NCBI GenBank assembly: GCA_041946925.1
Contig: JBHGBI010000002.1
Location: 3,299-67,298, forward strand
Reading direction: 5' to 3'
DNA from: Syntrophales bacterium
GTDB taxonomy: Bacteria; Desulfobacterota; Syntrophia; Syntrophales; UBA4778
DNA: 64,000 nucleotides
The translations under genes and the position numbers were made by a program. Shown piece after piece: positions 47,351-57,323 of this stretch; the first letter of the stretch is position 1; every line of letters starts with the position of its first letter. The notes under the pieces are model-generated. The model was not told the origin of the DNA. It saw only the letters and a program-made list of their open reading frames with translations, and did no database searches.

Positions 47351-48142
47351 TCACTTCCTGATGAAACGGATCTCGAACACCTTGGGCCAGTATTTTCCCG
47401 TCACGAATATGCGATCATGCTTGCTGTCGTAAGCGATTCCATTCAGGACTTCTGCGTGCGGCGAACTCCTGATGCTGCCGCGCAGCCCGCTTAGATCGAT
47501 CCAGGCCGCCACCTGCCCTGTTTTCGGCGAGATCTTTGCAATCCGGTCGCTTCCCCAGATATTGGCATAGATGAATCCTTTTATATATTCGAGCTCATTT
47601 AATTGAGAAACGGCTTGCGGTCCTTCCCTGACTTCGATCGTCCTGACGATCTCAAAAGAGCGAGGATCGAGAAACCGCAGCATAGATGTCCCGTCGCTCA
47701 TGATCAGGTGCTTCCCATTATTCGTTATGCCCCAGCCTTCGGTTCCATATTGAAAAACACCGGTTTGCTTCAAGCTCTTCTTGTCATAAATGAAACCGGT
47801 TCCCGATCGCCAGGTTAATTGAATCAGCCGGTTACCCATAATTGTTATGCCCTCGCCGAAATGCCGGTCCGGAAGGCATTGATGCAAAAGGACCCTTCCC
47901 GTTTCCAGTTCAACCTTCCTGACGGTCGATTCTCCGTACTGGCCCGTTCCCTCGTAAAGAAAGCCGTTATCGAAAACAAGGCCCTGAGTAAATGCAGCCG
48001 GGTCATGTGGATAAACATTAACGATCCGGCAACCGTAGGTAGATATTTTTTGTCCGGCTCCGGAGTAACCTGTACTCTGGGTGATGAGAATGGCTGCACC
48101 CGCCAGGGCGGCGAGAATGAATTTCCGGGGAAAGAGTCCCAT
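47351..48142 (-). CDS. glutaminyl-peptide cyclotransferase (beta-propeller type), secreted
   Basis: Signal peptide, then YPHDPAAFTQGLVFDNGFLYEGTGQYGES, which is typical of plant/bacterial glutamine cyclotransferases. Confidence 0.85.
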   Translation of the reverse strand: MGLFPRKFILAALAGAAILITQSTGYSGAGQKISTYGCRIVNVYPHDPAAFTQGLVFDNGFLYEGTGQYGESTVRKVELETGRVLLHQCLPDRHFGEGITIMGNRLIQLTWRSGTGFIYDKKSLKQTGVFQYGTEGWGITNNGKHLIMSDGTSMLRFLDPRSFEIVRTIEVREGPQAVSQLNELEYIKGFIYANIWGSDRIAKISPKTGQVAAWIDLSGLRGSIRSSPHAEVLNGIAYDSKHDRIFVTGKYWPKVFEIRFIRK

Positions 48143-48157
48143 TTGAGTGAGATGCCG

Positions 48158-49504
48158 CTAAGGATTCAATACTTCACTGAGCGTCGGATGGGCGATTATC
48201 CAGTTCCTGAAATCAGTGTACCCCATCCCGCGGGAGACGGCGAGCGACATCGGGGCTATCAGTTCGCACGCCCCCTCTCCGGCAACGGCGGCTCCGACAA
48301 GCCGGCCTTTACAAAAGAGGAGTTTTGCGAAACCGCCTCCTGCAAGTTCCGCACGCGCCATAATGTTTGCTCCAAACCCGGAGCGCTTCACTTCATAATC
48401 CAGTCTTCTTTCGACGGCCTGCTTTTCAGTAAGTCCGACCCGCGCCAGGCCTGGATGGGTATATAACACGCAGGGGACGGCATCTTCGTTATATAAGACG
48501 GAACCGTCTCCGAAAAGCAGGCTGGCAAGGGTCTTCCCCTGCATGGCCGCGCGATGCGCCAGCAGAATGCCGCCGGTGACATCGCCCAGGGCGAAAATGT
48601 TCTCGATATTGGTCATCTGGCTGCCATTCACCCATATTCCACGGTTGCTATAATTTATTCCGAGCCTGTCCAGTTCTTCTGCACGCAATGCCGGTTTTCT
48701 TCCTGTGCAGATGGCGGCGCAATCCGCCGTAAGTTCGATGTCCTTATCACCCCGGGACACCCGCATGCGTATACCGTGGTTTTCTTCCGACAGCGACATC
48801 ATACGCGCGGACGTAAATATTTCTATCCCGGATTTTTCCAATTCTTTTGCAATGAAATCGGCGGATTCCCTGTCTTCGCAGGGAAGGATCTGATCCATGA
48901 GCTCGATTACGAAAACCTTAGAACCCAGATCCGCTAAAAAGGTCGCAAATTCGAGGCCGATGGCCCCGCCTCCGACAATAACCGTGCTGCCTGGCGGGTT
49001 TTCCATCGCCAGCAGTCCATCGGAGGACATTATCCGGCCCGATAGGGTTATGCCTGTGGGCGTGTCAGGTCTTGAGCCCCAGGCAATAACAATGCGTCTG
49101 GTATTTAAAATCTTTTTCCCGTCGTTCGAGAGCACCTCCACTTCACCCGGTGATAGAATGCGCCCTTCGCCCTGCACGCAGAGTACGCCTGCATCCGCGA
49201 GAGATTTCCGCACGCCGAGGGAGGATGTCCTGACTACCTGCATTTGATGGCGCCGCATAGCGATAAAATCGAAGCGGAAATCGGCTGCGTAAACGCCCAG
49301 GCGCCTCATCTTTTTCAAGGAGGCGTATGTGCGGCTGCAGGCGAGCAAGGCCTTTGTGGGGACACACCCCGTGTTTGTACAGGTTCCCCCCCAGTCTTTC
49401 TTCTCGATGATTGCCGTTCTGGCGCCCAGTCCGGCCGAGGCCTGGGCGGCTGCATGGCCACCCGGTCCCGATCCGATGACGATAATATCGAAAGTCTCCG
49501 GCAT
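48158..49504 (-). CDS. dihydrolipoyl dehydrogenase-like class I pyridine nucleotide-disulfide oxidoreductase
   Basis: FAD motif GSGPGG, redox disulfide GGTCTNTGCVPTK, and C-terminal HPTLSE. Preferred ATG 49504 (GGGGAG 6 nt upstream). The track start is 49525. Confidence 0.88.
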   Translation of the reverse strand: MPETFDIIVIGSGPGGHAAAQASAGLGARTAIIEKKDWGGTCTNTGCVPTKALLACSRTYASLKKMRRLGVYAADFRFDFIAMRRHQMQVVRTSSLGVRKSLADAGVLCVQGEGRILSPGEVEVLSNDGKKILNTRRIVIAWGSRPDTPTGITLSGRIMSSDGLLAMENPPGSTVIVGGGAIGLEFATFLADLGSKVFVIELMDQILPCEDRESADFIAKELEKSGIEIFTSARMMSLSEENHGIRMRVSRGDKDIELTADCAAICTGRKPALRAEELDRLGINYSNRGIWVNGSQMTNIENIFALGDVTGGILLAHRAAMQGKTLASLLFGDGSVLYNEDAVPCVLYTHPGLARVGLTEKQAVERRLDYEVKRSGFGANIMARAELAGGGFAKLLFCKGRLVGAAVAGEGACELIAPMSLAVSRGMGYTDFRNWIIAHPTLSEVLNP

Positions 49505-49720
49505 TTGCATCTCCCCTTTTTTCATCTTAGTAGCATAAACGGCTTTGTGTTTCTATTCGGAATTGATGACTTCGCATGGGCGAATCATGTCTGGGGGCTG
49601 TTGAAAAACGCCTACCGAGCCGTCGCGGCGGGGTGCGTTGCCAGGAGCCTGTCGTTAAGACGGCATCGGTTTCGGACATCAGGGAAAAAGACAGGATAGA
49701 CTAAGGGCGAAAGGAAGAGA

Positions 49721-50317
49721 CTATGTATGCGCCATTTTTTTTTGTGCGTCCGGAGAATCCGACACGAATAATTTTCTGAAAAAATCCCGTTTCTCCCTGG
49801 GAATGAAAAAAGTGCCGTCATGGTCAATGATCAGCTTACCATCGAGGTGATCGAGCTCATGCTGAACTATTCTGGCCAGGAAATCAGTGTAGCGTTTGTT
49901 GATTCTGTTTCCCTTCATATCATGGGCCCTCACTTTTATTTCCCTGGGCCGGGTTACCTCAACATTGATATCGGGACATGAAAGGCAGCCTTCGGACATT
50001 TTTTCCTCTTCACCCCGCTTCTGAGTTATTCTCGGATTTATCAGGACCTCGTAATCATTTTCACTTCTAACCGGGGCCTTTTCGTTCAGGCCCCTGATTT
50101 TAAAAACAACGATCTTCTTACATATTCCGATCTGCGGAGCCGCCAGACCCAGGGCGTCGTCCCTTTCCAGAAAGGCATCCAGCAGTTTTTTTATATCCCG
50201 TCTGGCTTCGTCGTCATAGGGGACCGGGATTTCTCTTGCATGACTCCTGAGAATTTTGCTTTCTTCCTCATTGATTCCTTTTTCCGACCACAGAGTCCAG
50301 ATTCTTGTTTTCGACAT
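49721..50317 (-). CDS. def: peptide deformylase
   Basis: Three signature motifs: GLAAPQIG, EGCLSCP and QHELDHLDG. Confidence 0.88.
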   Translation of the reverse strand: MSKTRIWTLWSEKGINEEESKILRSHAREIPVPYDDEARRDIKKLLDAFLERDDALGLAAPQIGICKKIVVFKIRGLNEKAPVRSENDYEVLINPRITQKRGEEEKMSEGCLSCPDINVEVTRPREIKVRAHDMKGNRINKRYTDFLARIVQHELDHLDGKLIIDHDGTFFIPREKRDFFRKLFVSDSPDAQKKMAHT

Positions 50318-50683
50318 TGACTATTCCTCAACCTTGAACTTTTTTAATTCATAGCATCGTTGGAAGTATTTTTCAAGTTGCCCCCCTCGCCTGAAATCAC
50401 CACTTGAAGAACGGGAAACCCGTTTGACCGAAAGGATTTTTCCTGAGCACGGCGCAATACAATGGCCGAATACCAGGTGAATATGATACTTATCTGACGG
50501 GGATTTTTGGTTCGCAATTGCCGTTTGCCTCCGTCTCCCTTTTTATTCAGTAAATGGTTGATAATTCAAGCGATGTCTGTTATTAGACAGATAAACTGAA
50601 TGGTCCGCTGTCATACGGTGGATTTTCGACAACCATTGGAGAGAGATCCATTTTCCCGAATTTTCATTGGATTTTAAACAGAT

Positions 50684-50710
50684 TTGCCCGGCTTGGGATA
50701 AGCCGGGCAA
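50684..50710 (+). other. perfect 11-bp stem hairpin abutting the start codon of the radical-SAM gene
   Basis: TTGCCCGGCTT - GGGAT - AAGCCGGGCAA. The last A of the stem is the A of ATG 50710. No T-tract follows. Confidence 0.4.
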
Positions 50711-51897
50711 TGCATTTCAACGAGGATCGGAAGGCATCACTGCCCGTTTGTACGGGGGGCAATCAGCGGCTCCTCTATATCCATGTGCCTTTCTGCGAGA
50801 AGCTCTGTCCCTATTGTTCCTTCAGCAGGGTCGTTTTCGATGAGACTCTGTGCCGGACCTACTTTGCGGCGCTGAAGAGGGAACTCCTCCTATACAGGAA
50901 AGCGGGGTACGATTTCACCGGGATCTATGTGGGCGGAGGCACTCCTACAATCCTGATAGACGAACTCGAAGAAACGCTGGCGCTGGCGGAAAGCACTTTT
51001 TCCATCCGAGAAATATCCGTGGAAACCAATCCCAACCACCTTGGGTGCAAGTACGTGGACGCATTGAAACGCGTCGGTGTAAAGAGGCTATCCGTGGGTA
51101 TTCAGAGTTTTAATAATGACCTTCTAAGGGCCATGGATCGTTATGAAAAATACGGAAGCGGGGATCAGATCATCCGGGCCGTGCAAGATATTATCGGCGA
51201 GTTCGAGACCTTGAATGCGGACATGATTTTCAATTTTGCCGTCCAGACTCCCTCTATGCTGGACAGGGACCTGGATATCCTGGTTGAAACGGGTGTGGAC
51301 CAGGTTACATATTATCCTCTCATGGTTTCCGATTCAACCCGTAATCTGATTCAAAAAACTCTGGGACGTGTGGATTACAGCAGGGAAAGGGCTTTTTATC
51401 GACGGATAATAAAGCGGCTGCTTCCCGATTATACATCTTCCTCGGTTTGGTGCTTTTCCAGGAAAAAATCGATGATAGATGAATACATTGTAAAGTATGA
51501 TGAATACGCAGGAGTGGGAAGCGGTTCGTTCGGTTACTTGAACGGAATCTGTTATGCCAATACTTTTCACATAGGTGAATACATTGAACGGATAAACCGG
51601 GGAGAAATTCCGCTGGCAGCTTCGCGTATTTTTAATAAGCGCGATCGTATTTATTACGATTTATTGATGAAATTGTTCGGCATGGAGCTGGATCTTGCGG
51701 CCATGCGCGGTAAATACGGGAAGGGCGCTGAAGGGCTTCTGTTGATCCCAGTCCTGTTCCTCTATGCGGCAGGGGGGCTGCGCTACAGCAACGGCCGGTT
51801 CTATTTGACGGACCGGGGACGGTATTACATTTTGATCATGATGCGTGAATTTTTTATTGCCGTGAACAACTTCCGTGATTTTTGCAGAGCCGGGTGA
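50710..51897 (+). CDS. HemN/HemW-like radical SAM protein (coproporphyrinogen III oxidase family)
   Basis: Contains LYIHVPFCEKLCPYCSF (CX3CX2C) and GGGTP. Confidence 0.85.
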   Translation: MHFNEDRKASLPVCTGGNQRLLYIHVPFCEKLCPYCSFSRVVFDETLCRTYFAALKRELLLYRKAGYDFTGIYVGGGTPTILIDELEETLALAESTFSIREISVETNPNHLGCKYVDALKRVGVKRLSVGIQSFNNDLLRAMDRYEKYGSGDQIIRAVQDIIGEFETLNADMIFNFAVQTPSMLDRDLDILVETGVDQVTYYPLMVSDSTRNLIQKTLGRVDYSRERAFYRRIIKRLLPDYTSSSVWCFSRKKSMIDEYIVKYDEYAGVGSGSFGYLNGICYANTFHIGEYIERINRGEIPLAASRIFNKRDRIYYDLLMKLFGMELDLAAMRGKYGKGAEGLLLIPVLFLYAAGGLRYSNGRFYLTDRGRYYILIMMREFFIAVNNFRDFCRAG

Positions 51898-51930
51898 AAA
51901 CAGCGGTCTCATGCAGAAGGAGGGTGTCCC

Positions 51931-53334
51931 ATGGACGAGAAGCAAAAAGAACTGCTGAGAAAAATTCCCAAAATCGACGAATTGACGGCTGCTCTCAAGA
52001 AAAGAGGTGTTTTTGAGGAAATATCAGCTGACGTGATCAAATCGGCATGCCGTCACGTGGCCGGGCAAATAAGACAATCCATTCTGGAGGGAAGAAGCGA
52101 TAACAGGGTGCCTTCTGTTGACAGGGCAGCGGAGCTGGTTCAGGAGGAACTTGGAAGAGTGCGCGAATTTCATCTCCGCCCGGTGATAAATGCGACAGGC
52201 ATCATTCTCCATACCAATCTCGGGAGGGCTCCCCTGTGCAAAGAAGCCCTGGACCAATTGGCCGTGGTCGGTGGCGGCTATTCAAATCTTGAATTCGACC
52301 TTGTTCAGGGAAAACGCGGGAGCCGTTACGAGCACGTCTGTAAAATTCTTCGTGAGCTGACGGGAGCTGAGGATGCGCTGGTCGTTAATAACAACGCCGC
52401 GGCTGTTTTGGTTACTCTCAACAGCCTTGCAGAAAAGAAAGAGGCCGTTGTATCCCGGGGCGAGTTGATCGAGATAGGAGGAGAATTCCGGCTTCCGGAG
52501 ATCATGGAAAAGAGCGGCGCCATCCTTCACGAAGTGGGTACAACCAACAAGACGCATTTTTCGGACTACGAAGCCGCCATCAACGAAAACACCGGACTTC
52601 TGCTCAAGGTACACACAAGCAATTACCGAATCGTGGGTTTTACAGGGGAAGTGTCGCTTTCCGAACTTGTCAGTCTCGGCAGAAATCGCGGTATTCCGGT
52701 AGTCAATGACCTGGGGAGCGGCTGTTTCGCCGAACTGGACAGATTCGGCTTGAAAAGAGAACCCACTGTAAGGGACGTTCTGGCAACAGGCGTTGATATC
52801 GTGACATTCAGTGGCGATAAGCTTCTGGGGGGTCCACAGGCCGGCATCATCGTGGGCAGAAGAGACCTGCTGCAGAAAATCAAGAGAAATCCTTTCAACC
52901 GCGCCTTGAGAATCGACAAGTTGACTATTGCCGCGCTGGAGGCGACCCTGAAATTGTATCTCAACCCGGAAAAAGCGGTAAAAAGGATCAGGGCATTGAG
53001 AGCGCTGACAGAACCCGCCAATCTTGTTGAAAAAAGAGCAAAAAAGCTCCTCCGAATCCTGAAAAAGGCCGGCAATGACAGCATTTCCATTTTTCTGAAA
53101 AAGGGGTATTCCATGGCGGGCGGCGGCTCTCTGCCCGCCCAGAAGATTCCCACGGTTCTCATTGCCGTCAGATCGTCCCTGCTTTCGGTCAATCAGATCG
53201 AAGCCTGTTGGAGACGGCTGGATATCCCCGTCATCGCCAGGATATATGAAGATGAGCTTCTCCTTGATTTGAGGACGATCGAAGAGGAGGACTTTGACGC
53301 GATCCGGAAAGGACTGCTAGAGATATGCAGATAG
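51931..53334 (+). CDS. selA: L-seryl-tRNA(Sec) selenium transferase
   Basis: GGAGGG RBS. 467 aa. PLP-lysine context FSGDKLLGGPQAG. The N-terminal domain is typical of SelA. Confidence 0.93.
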   Translation: MDEKQKELLRKIPKIDELTAALKKRGVFEEISADVIKSACRHVAGQIRQSILEGRSDNRVPSVDRAAELVQEELGRVREFHLRPVINATGIILHTNLGRAPLCKEALDQLAVVGGGYSNLEFDLVQGKRGSRYEHVCKILRELTGAEDALVVNNNAAAVLVTLNSLAEKKEAVVSRGELIEIGGEFRLPEIMEKSGAILHEVGTTNKTHFSDYEAAINENTGLLLKVHTSNYRIVGFTGEVSLSELVSLGRNRGIPVVNDLGSGCFAELDRFGLKREPTVRDVLATGVDIVTFSGDKLLGGPQAGIIVGRRDLLQKIKRNPFNRALRIDKLTIAALEATLKLYLNPEKAVKRIRALRALTEPANLVEKRAKKLLRILKKAGNDSISIFLKKGYSMAGGGSLPAQKIPTVLIAVRSSLLSVNQIEACWRRLDIPVIARIYEDELLLDLRTIEEEDFDAIRKGLLEICR

Positions 53335-53422
53335 TCGTTCCGGAATGAGGGGATGCCGGACAGAAAAGATGAAGAAGGGGAATTCTCGTTTCACGGAATT
53401 TCCGGCAAGACACTGAGAATAA

Positions 53423-54403
53423 ATGATGCCTGCCGATAAATCGAAAATATATGACTTTACTGTCTCCGAGCAGGAAAGCGGTACCCGGCTGGATGTTTTC
53501 CTGGCCTCCCGAAATGTTTCTGTTTCCCGCTCGCAGGTGAAGAGGATCATCGATGAAGGGCTGGTAACGGTCAATGGAGCGGAAGCGAAAGCCGGATACA
53601 AATTACGGCAGGGCGATGTCATCAGTTTCAGGCAGGAGGAAGCCGCCGGGTATGACATTATGCCGGAAGCGATACCGTTGAAAATCCTCTACGAGGATTC
53701 TTCTATTCTGGTCGTTGATAAACCGGCCGGGATGGTCACCCATCCGTCGCCCGGTCATTACAGCGGTACGCTTGTCAATGCCCTGCTCCATCACTGCAAG
53801 GATCTCGCGGGGATTGGAGGCGTCCTGAGGCCGGGGATTGTACATCGGCTGGATAAAGACACTTCCGGTCTCTTGGTGGCGGTCAAGACGGAAGAGGCGC
53901 TGAACGGCCTGGCAAGACAGTTCAAGGGGCGCACGATAAGAAAAGTCTATGAGACCCTGGTCCATGGAGACATGGAAGGAGACGAAGGGGTGATTGATCT
54001 TCCCATAGGCAGGCATCCGGTTCATCGAAAAAAGATGTCCACGTCAAGCAGGAGGGGGAAAAATGCCGTGACCCGCTGGAAGGTTCTGGAGCGCTACGGG
54101 ATAATCAGTTATTTGCAGGTGGAGATAGAAACAGGGAGAACCCATCAGATCCGCGTGCATCTTAATTCCTCCGGGCATCCGGTACTGGGAGACAATGTCT
54201 ACGGCACGTCGGCAAGGAGGATCAACAATATCTCCGATAATGCGGTAAGAAGCCGGCTTAAAATGATGAAAAGGCAGGCCCTGCACGCAAGCCGGATCGG
54301 GTTTGATCACCCGGGCGACGGCCGGCATCTTGAATTTTCATCTCCGCTTCCGGAAGACATGGCGTCCATCCGTGATTATTTGAGAACTTTGGCAGGGTGT
54401 TGA
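53423..54403 (+). CDS. rluD: RluA-family 23S rRNA pseudouridine synthase (RluD-like)
   Basis: N-terminal S4 domain (RLDVFLA...SRSQVKRII) and catalytic HRLDKDTSG. Confidence 0.9.
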   Translation: MMPADKSKIYDFTVSEQESGTRLDVFLASRNVSVSRSQVKRIIDEGLVTVNGAEAKAGYKLRQGDVISFRQEEAAGYDIMPEAIPLKILYEDSSILVVDKPAGMVTHPSPGHYSGTLVNALLHHCKDLAGIGGVLRPGIVHRLDKDTSGLLVAVKTEEALNGLARQFKGRTIRKVYETLVHGDMEGDEGVIDLPIGRHPVHRKKMSTSSRRGKNAVTRWKVLERYGIISYLQVEIETGRTHQIRVHLNSSGHPVLGDNVYGTSARRINNISDNAVRSRLKMMKRQALHASRIGFDHPGDGRHLEFSSPLPEDMASIRDYLRTLAGC

Positions 54404-54559
54404 AAACCACCTCTGTTTTGCCGGCTGTTCAAAAGCTCAGATGCAGGCGACAATTCAGGCTAAAAGGTACAGGGCTAACGGCTAAAAGAAAAAAATGCGG
54501 ACATCTTACTCACTTTTCGCCAAGAACTCTTTTTGCCCGCAGCACGGTTCAGGATCGGT

Positions 54560-55378
54560 ATGTTCACATTTGCAGAAAAAGGTCCGGTAAAATATCTGGA
54601 ATCGAATGTGCTTCGCGAGAAGTGCGGTTTTCTCGTCCATGCTTTTCTGACGCGGGGGGAAGGTGTGAGCGCAGGCAAATTCAGGAGCCTGAATTTCAGC
54701 ACCCTGGAAGGAGATACTGAAAAAAATGTTTCCCGGAACTGGCGCATTCTGGCAGCGGCCTTCCAGATGCCGCCGGAGCGGTTCTTCACGGTCCGGCAGG
54801 TGCATGGAGACCGGATACTCATTTTGAAAGAGGATGTGAAACGGGTTCCATCCCGGTCTCTTCAATATGACGCGATTATTACCCCGCTGCGGAATCTCGC
54901 CATCGGGATCAAAACGGCGGATTGTGTTCCCATATTTCTGGTCGATCCTGGAAGGGGTCTCATCGGCGCCGTGCATGCCGGCTGGCGGGGAACTTTATTG
55001 AACATAGCCGGGAAAGCGGTGGATTGTTTTTTCAAGGAATTTTCCTCGAGACCTTCCGATCTGCTGGCGGTGATCGGTCCGGCTATCGGACAATGTTGCT
55101 ACGAGGTCGACAATGCCGTCCGGGGGCCCTTGAGCGGCGCTATGCACAACCCCGCTCTTTTCTTTCGTCCGGGCCGAACAAAGGAGAAATGGATGCTGGA
55201 TCTGCCGGGAGTGAACAGGTATCAGCTCTTTCGTTCAGGACTGCTGCCCGAGAACATTACCTCGGCAGGAATATGCACCTCCTGCAACAGGGAGGTTTTC
55301 TTTTCCCATAGGGGCGAAGGCGGGGGAACGGGAAGACAGTTGAATTTTATTATGTTAAAGGGCCCAAAATCTTCTTGA
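54560..55378 (+). CDS. pgeF: peptidoglycan editing factor PgeF (YfiH/laccase-domain family)
   Basis: Contains TADCVPI, HAGWRG, and C-terminal CTSC...FFSHRG. ATG 54560 is preferred over the track's TTG 54533. Confidence 0.85.
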   Translation: MFTFAEKGPVKYLESNVLREKCGFLVHAFLTRGEGVSAGKFRSLNFSTLEGDTEKNVSRNWRILAAAFQMPPERFFTVRQVHGDRILILKEDVKRVPSRSLQYDAIITPLRNLAIGIKTADCVPIFLVDPGRGLIGAVHAGWRGTLLNIAGKAVDCFFKEFSSRPSDLLAVIGPAIGQCCYEVDNAVRGPLSGAMHNPALFFRPGRTKEKWMLDLPGVNRYQLFRSGLLPENITSAGICTSCNREVFFSHRGEGGGTGRQLNFIMLKGPKSS

Positions 55379-55402
55379 CAGTTTGACTCAATCTATTATA
55401 AT
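55375..55402 (+). promoter_or_regulatory. near-consensus sigma70 promoter for rho
   Basis: TTGACA (55375-55380, overlapping the pgeF stop), a 16-nt spacer, then TATAAT (55397-55402). This leaves a ~200-nt leader. Confidence 0.55.
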
Positions 55403-55610
55403 AAAAACGCAAATCCCAAAAAGGCTAAAATTCAAAACCCTCCCTTTTTGAGAGTTTAATTTCAAATTACTGCAATTAGCTGTCCATTGTTTAATTCCAC
55501 AGGTATTCATTTGTCGATGACCATAAAGTTAACCAGATAATCGGCATGAATCCAGGCGGTTCCATATTTTTATATGGGATAATGGGGGAAAGTGTATATA
55601 GAGGATGATT

Positions 55611-56858
55611 ATGAATGTTGTAGAAATGAAGAAAAAGCCCATCAGTGAGTTGACGGTCCTGGCGAAGGAATTGAATGTTACCGGTGCCAGCGCAATGAGA
55701 AAACAGGATCTCATTTTTGCGATCCTCCAGGCCCAGACCGAGAAAAACGGCGTGATCTCCGGAGAAGGCGTCCTGGAAATCTTGCCCGACGGTTTTGGTT
55801 TTCTCCGGGCGGTGGATTATAATTATCTGCCGGGTCCGGATGATATCTATGTTTCGCCGTCTCAGATTCGGAGATTTAACCTCCGGACAGGTGATACTAT
55901 ATCCGGCGAGGTGAGGCCTCCCAAAGAGGGAGAAAAATATTTTGCACTGCTGAAAGTCGATTCCGTCAATTTCGAAAATCCCGAAATAGCCAAGGATAAA
56001 ATCATCTTCGATAACCTCACGCCTCTTTATCCGGAGGAGAAATTAAAGCTCGAATACGATCCCGAGAATTATTCAACACGGGTCATGGATCTGTTTACTC
56101 CCATCGGCAAAGGGCAACGCGGTCTTATTGTGTCGCCTCCCCGGGCTGGTAAAACGGTGCTGCTTAAGGACATCGCCCACAGCATTGCGGCCAACCACAA
56201 AGAAGTGATCCTTATGGTCCTGTTGATTGATGAAAGGCCGGAAGAAGTGACCGATATGGAGAGAAATGTGAAAGGCGAAGTCATTTCCTCCACATTCGAC
56301 GAACCGGCCACGAGACATGTGCAGGTGGCGGAAATGGTCATCGAAAAAGCCAAGCGGTTGGTCGAGCACAAGAAGGATGTGGTCATTCTTCTTGATAGTA
56401 TTACGAGACTGGCCAGGGCATATAACTCTGTGGTGCCGCCCAGCGGCAAAGTGCTTTCCGGGGGCGTCGACTCCAACGCCCTTCACAAACCGAAGAGATT
56501 CTTCGGCGCAGCCCGCAACATTGAGACGGGTGGCAGCTTGACGATCATTGCCACGGCGCTTGTTGATACCGGAAGCCGGATGGACGAGGTTATTTTTGAA
56601 GAGTTCAAAGGCACCGGCAATATGGAACTCCATCTGGACAGGCGGATTTCCGACAGGAGGATATTCCCTGCGTTTGACCTGATTCGCTCGGCAACGAGAA
56701 AGGAAGAGCTCTTGATTCCCAAGGAAAACCTGAACCGTATATGGATTCTGAGGAGACTGCTGCAGGAAATGAACCCGATCGATGCTATGGAGTTTATTAT
56801 TGACAAAATTCGAAAAACAGAAACAAATAAAGAGTTTCTGGATTCAATGAATCAATAG
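55611..56858 (+). CDS. rho: transcription termination factor Rho
   Basis: N-terminal domain ([13 protein letters not shown]), Walker A PPRAGKT, and Q/R loops. ATG 55611 lies 6 nt after GAGG. The track start 55605 abuts the SD. Confidence 0.95.
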   Translation: MNVVEMKKKPISELTVLAKELNVTGASAMRKQDLIFAILQAQTEKNGVISGEGVLEILPDGFGFLRAVDYNYLPGPDDIYVSPSQIRRFNLRTGDTISGEVRPPKEGEKYFALLKVDSVNFENPEIAKDKIIFDNLTPLYPEEKLKLEYDPENYSTRVMDLFTPIGKGQRGLIVSPPRAGKTVLLKDIAHSIAANHKEVILMVLLIDERPEEVTDMERNVKGEVISSTFDEPATRHVQVAEMVIEKAKRLVEHKKDVVILLDSITRLARAYNSVVPPSGKVLSGGVDSNALHKPKRFFGAARNIETGGSLTIIATALVDTGSRMDEVIFEEFKGTGNMELHLDRRISDRRIFPAFDLIRSATRKEELLIPKENLNRIWILRRLLQEMNPIDAMEFIIDKIRKTETNKEFLDSMNQ

Positions 56859-56883
56859 GTTTTTCCCGCCCGCGTAATTTTTC

Positions 56884-56911
56884 TTGAATTTCTCTGCAAA
56901 ATGAATAAAAT
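56884..56911 (+). promoter_or_regulatory. candidate promoter for rpmE
   Basis: TTGAAT, a 16-nt spacer, then TAAAAT. This is 38 nt upstream of ATG 56949. Confidence 0.35.
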
Positions 56912-56948
56912 AGCTCTTTTAACGTTAGCGTGAGGAGAAAAAAGCGAC

Positions 56949-57161
56949 ATGAAGAAAGACATCCATCCTGAATATAACGAAACGACTATTACATGCGTGT
57001 GCGGGAACGTGATTAAGACCAGGTCGACAAAGAAAGACATCAAAGTGGAGATATGCTCCAGTTGCCATCCTTTCATGACCGGCAAGCAAAAGATCATCGA
57101 TACGGCCGGCCGCGTAGAGAGATTTGAAAAGAAGTATGAACGCGCAAGAAAGAAGTCATAG
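56949..57161 (+). CDS. rpmE: 50S ribosomal protein L31 (Zn-ribbon type A)
   Basis: [20 protein letters not shown]...[13 protein letters not shown]. Confidence 0.93.
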   Translation: MKKDIHPEYNETTITCVCGNVIKTRSTKKDIKVEICSSCHPFMTGKQKIIDTAGRVERFEKKYERARKKS

Positions 57162-57274
57162 GAAGTCCGACATGGAAGAAAGAACGTTGTTTCAGGGGAA
57201 AAGGGAAAACTCCGGATGAAGTCTGATTTTTTTGCCTTTTCTTAAGGCGCTGATTTTATATATCCGGCCCGCCT

Positions 57275-57312
57275 GCCCCGAATATTCGCATCTTTCGGGG
57301 CTTTATTTATTT
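57275..57312 (+). terminator. rho-independent terminator after rpmE
   Basis: 8-bp stem GCCCCGAA / TTCGGGGC with an 11-nt loop, followed by TTTATTTATTT. Confidence 0.6.
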
Positions 57313-57323
57313 ACCATACCGAA

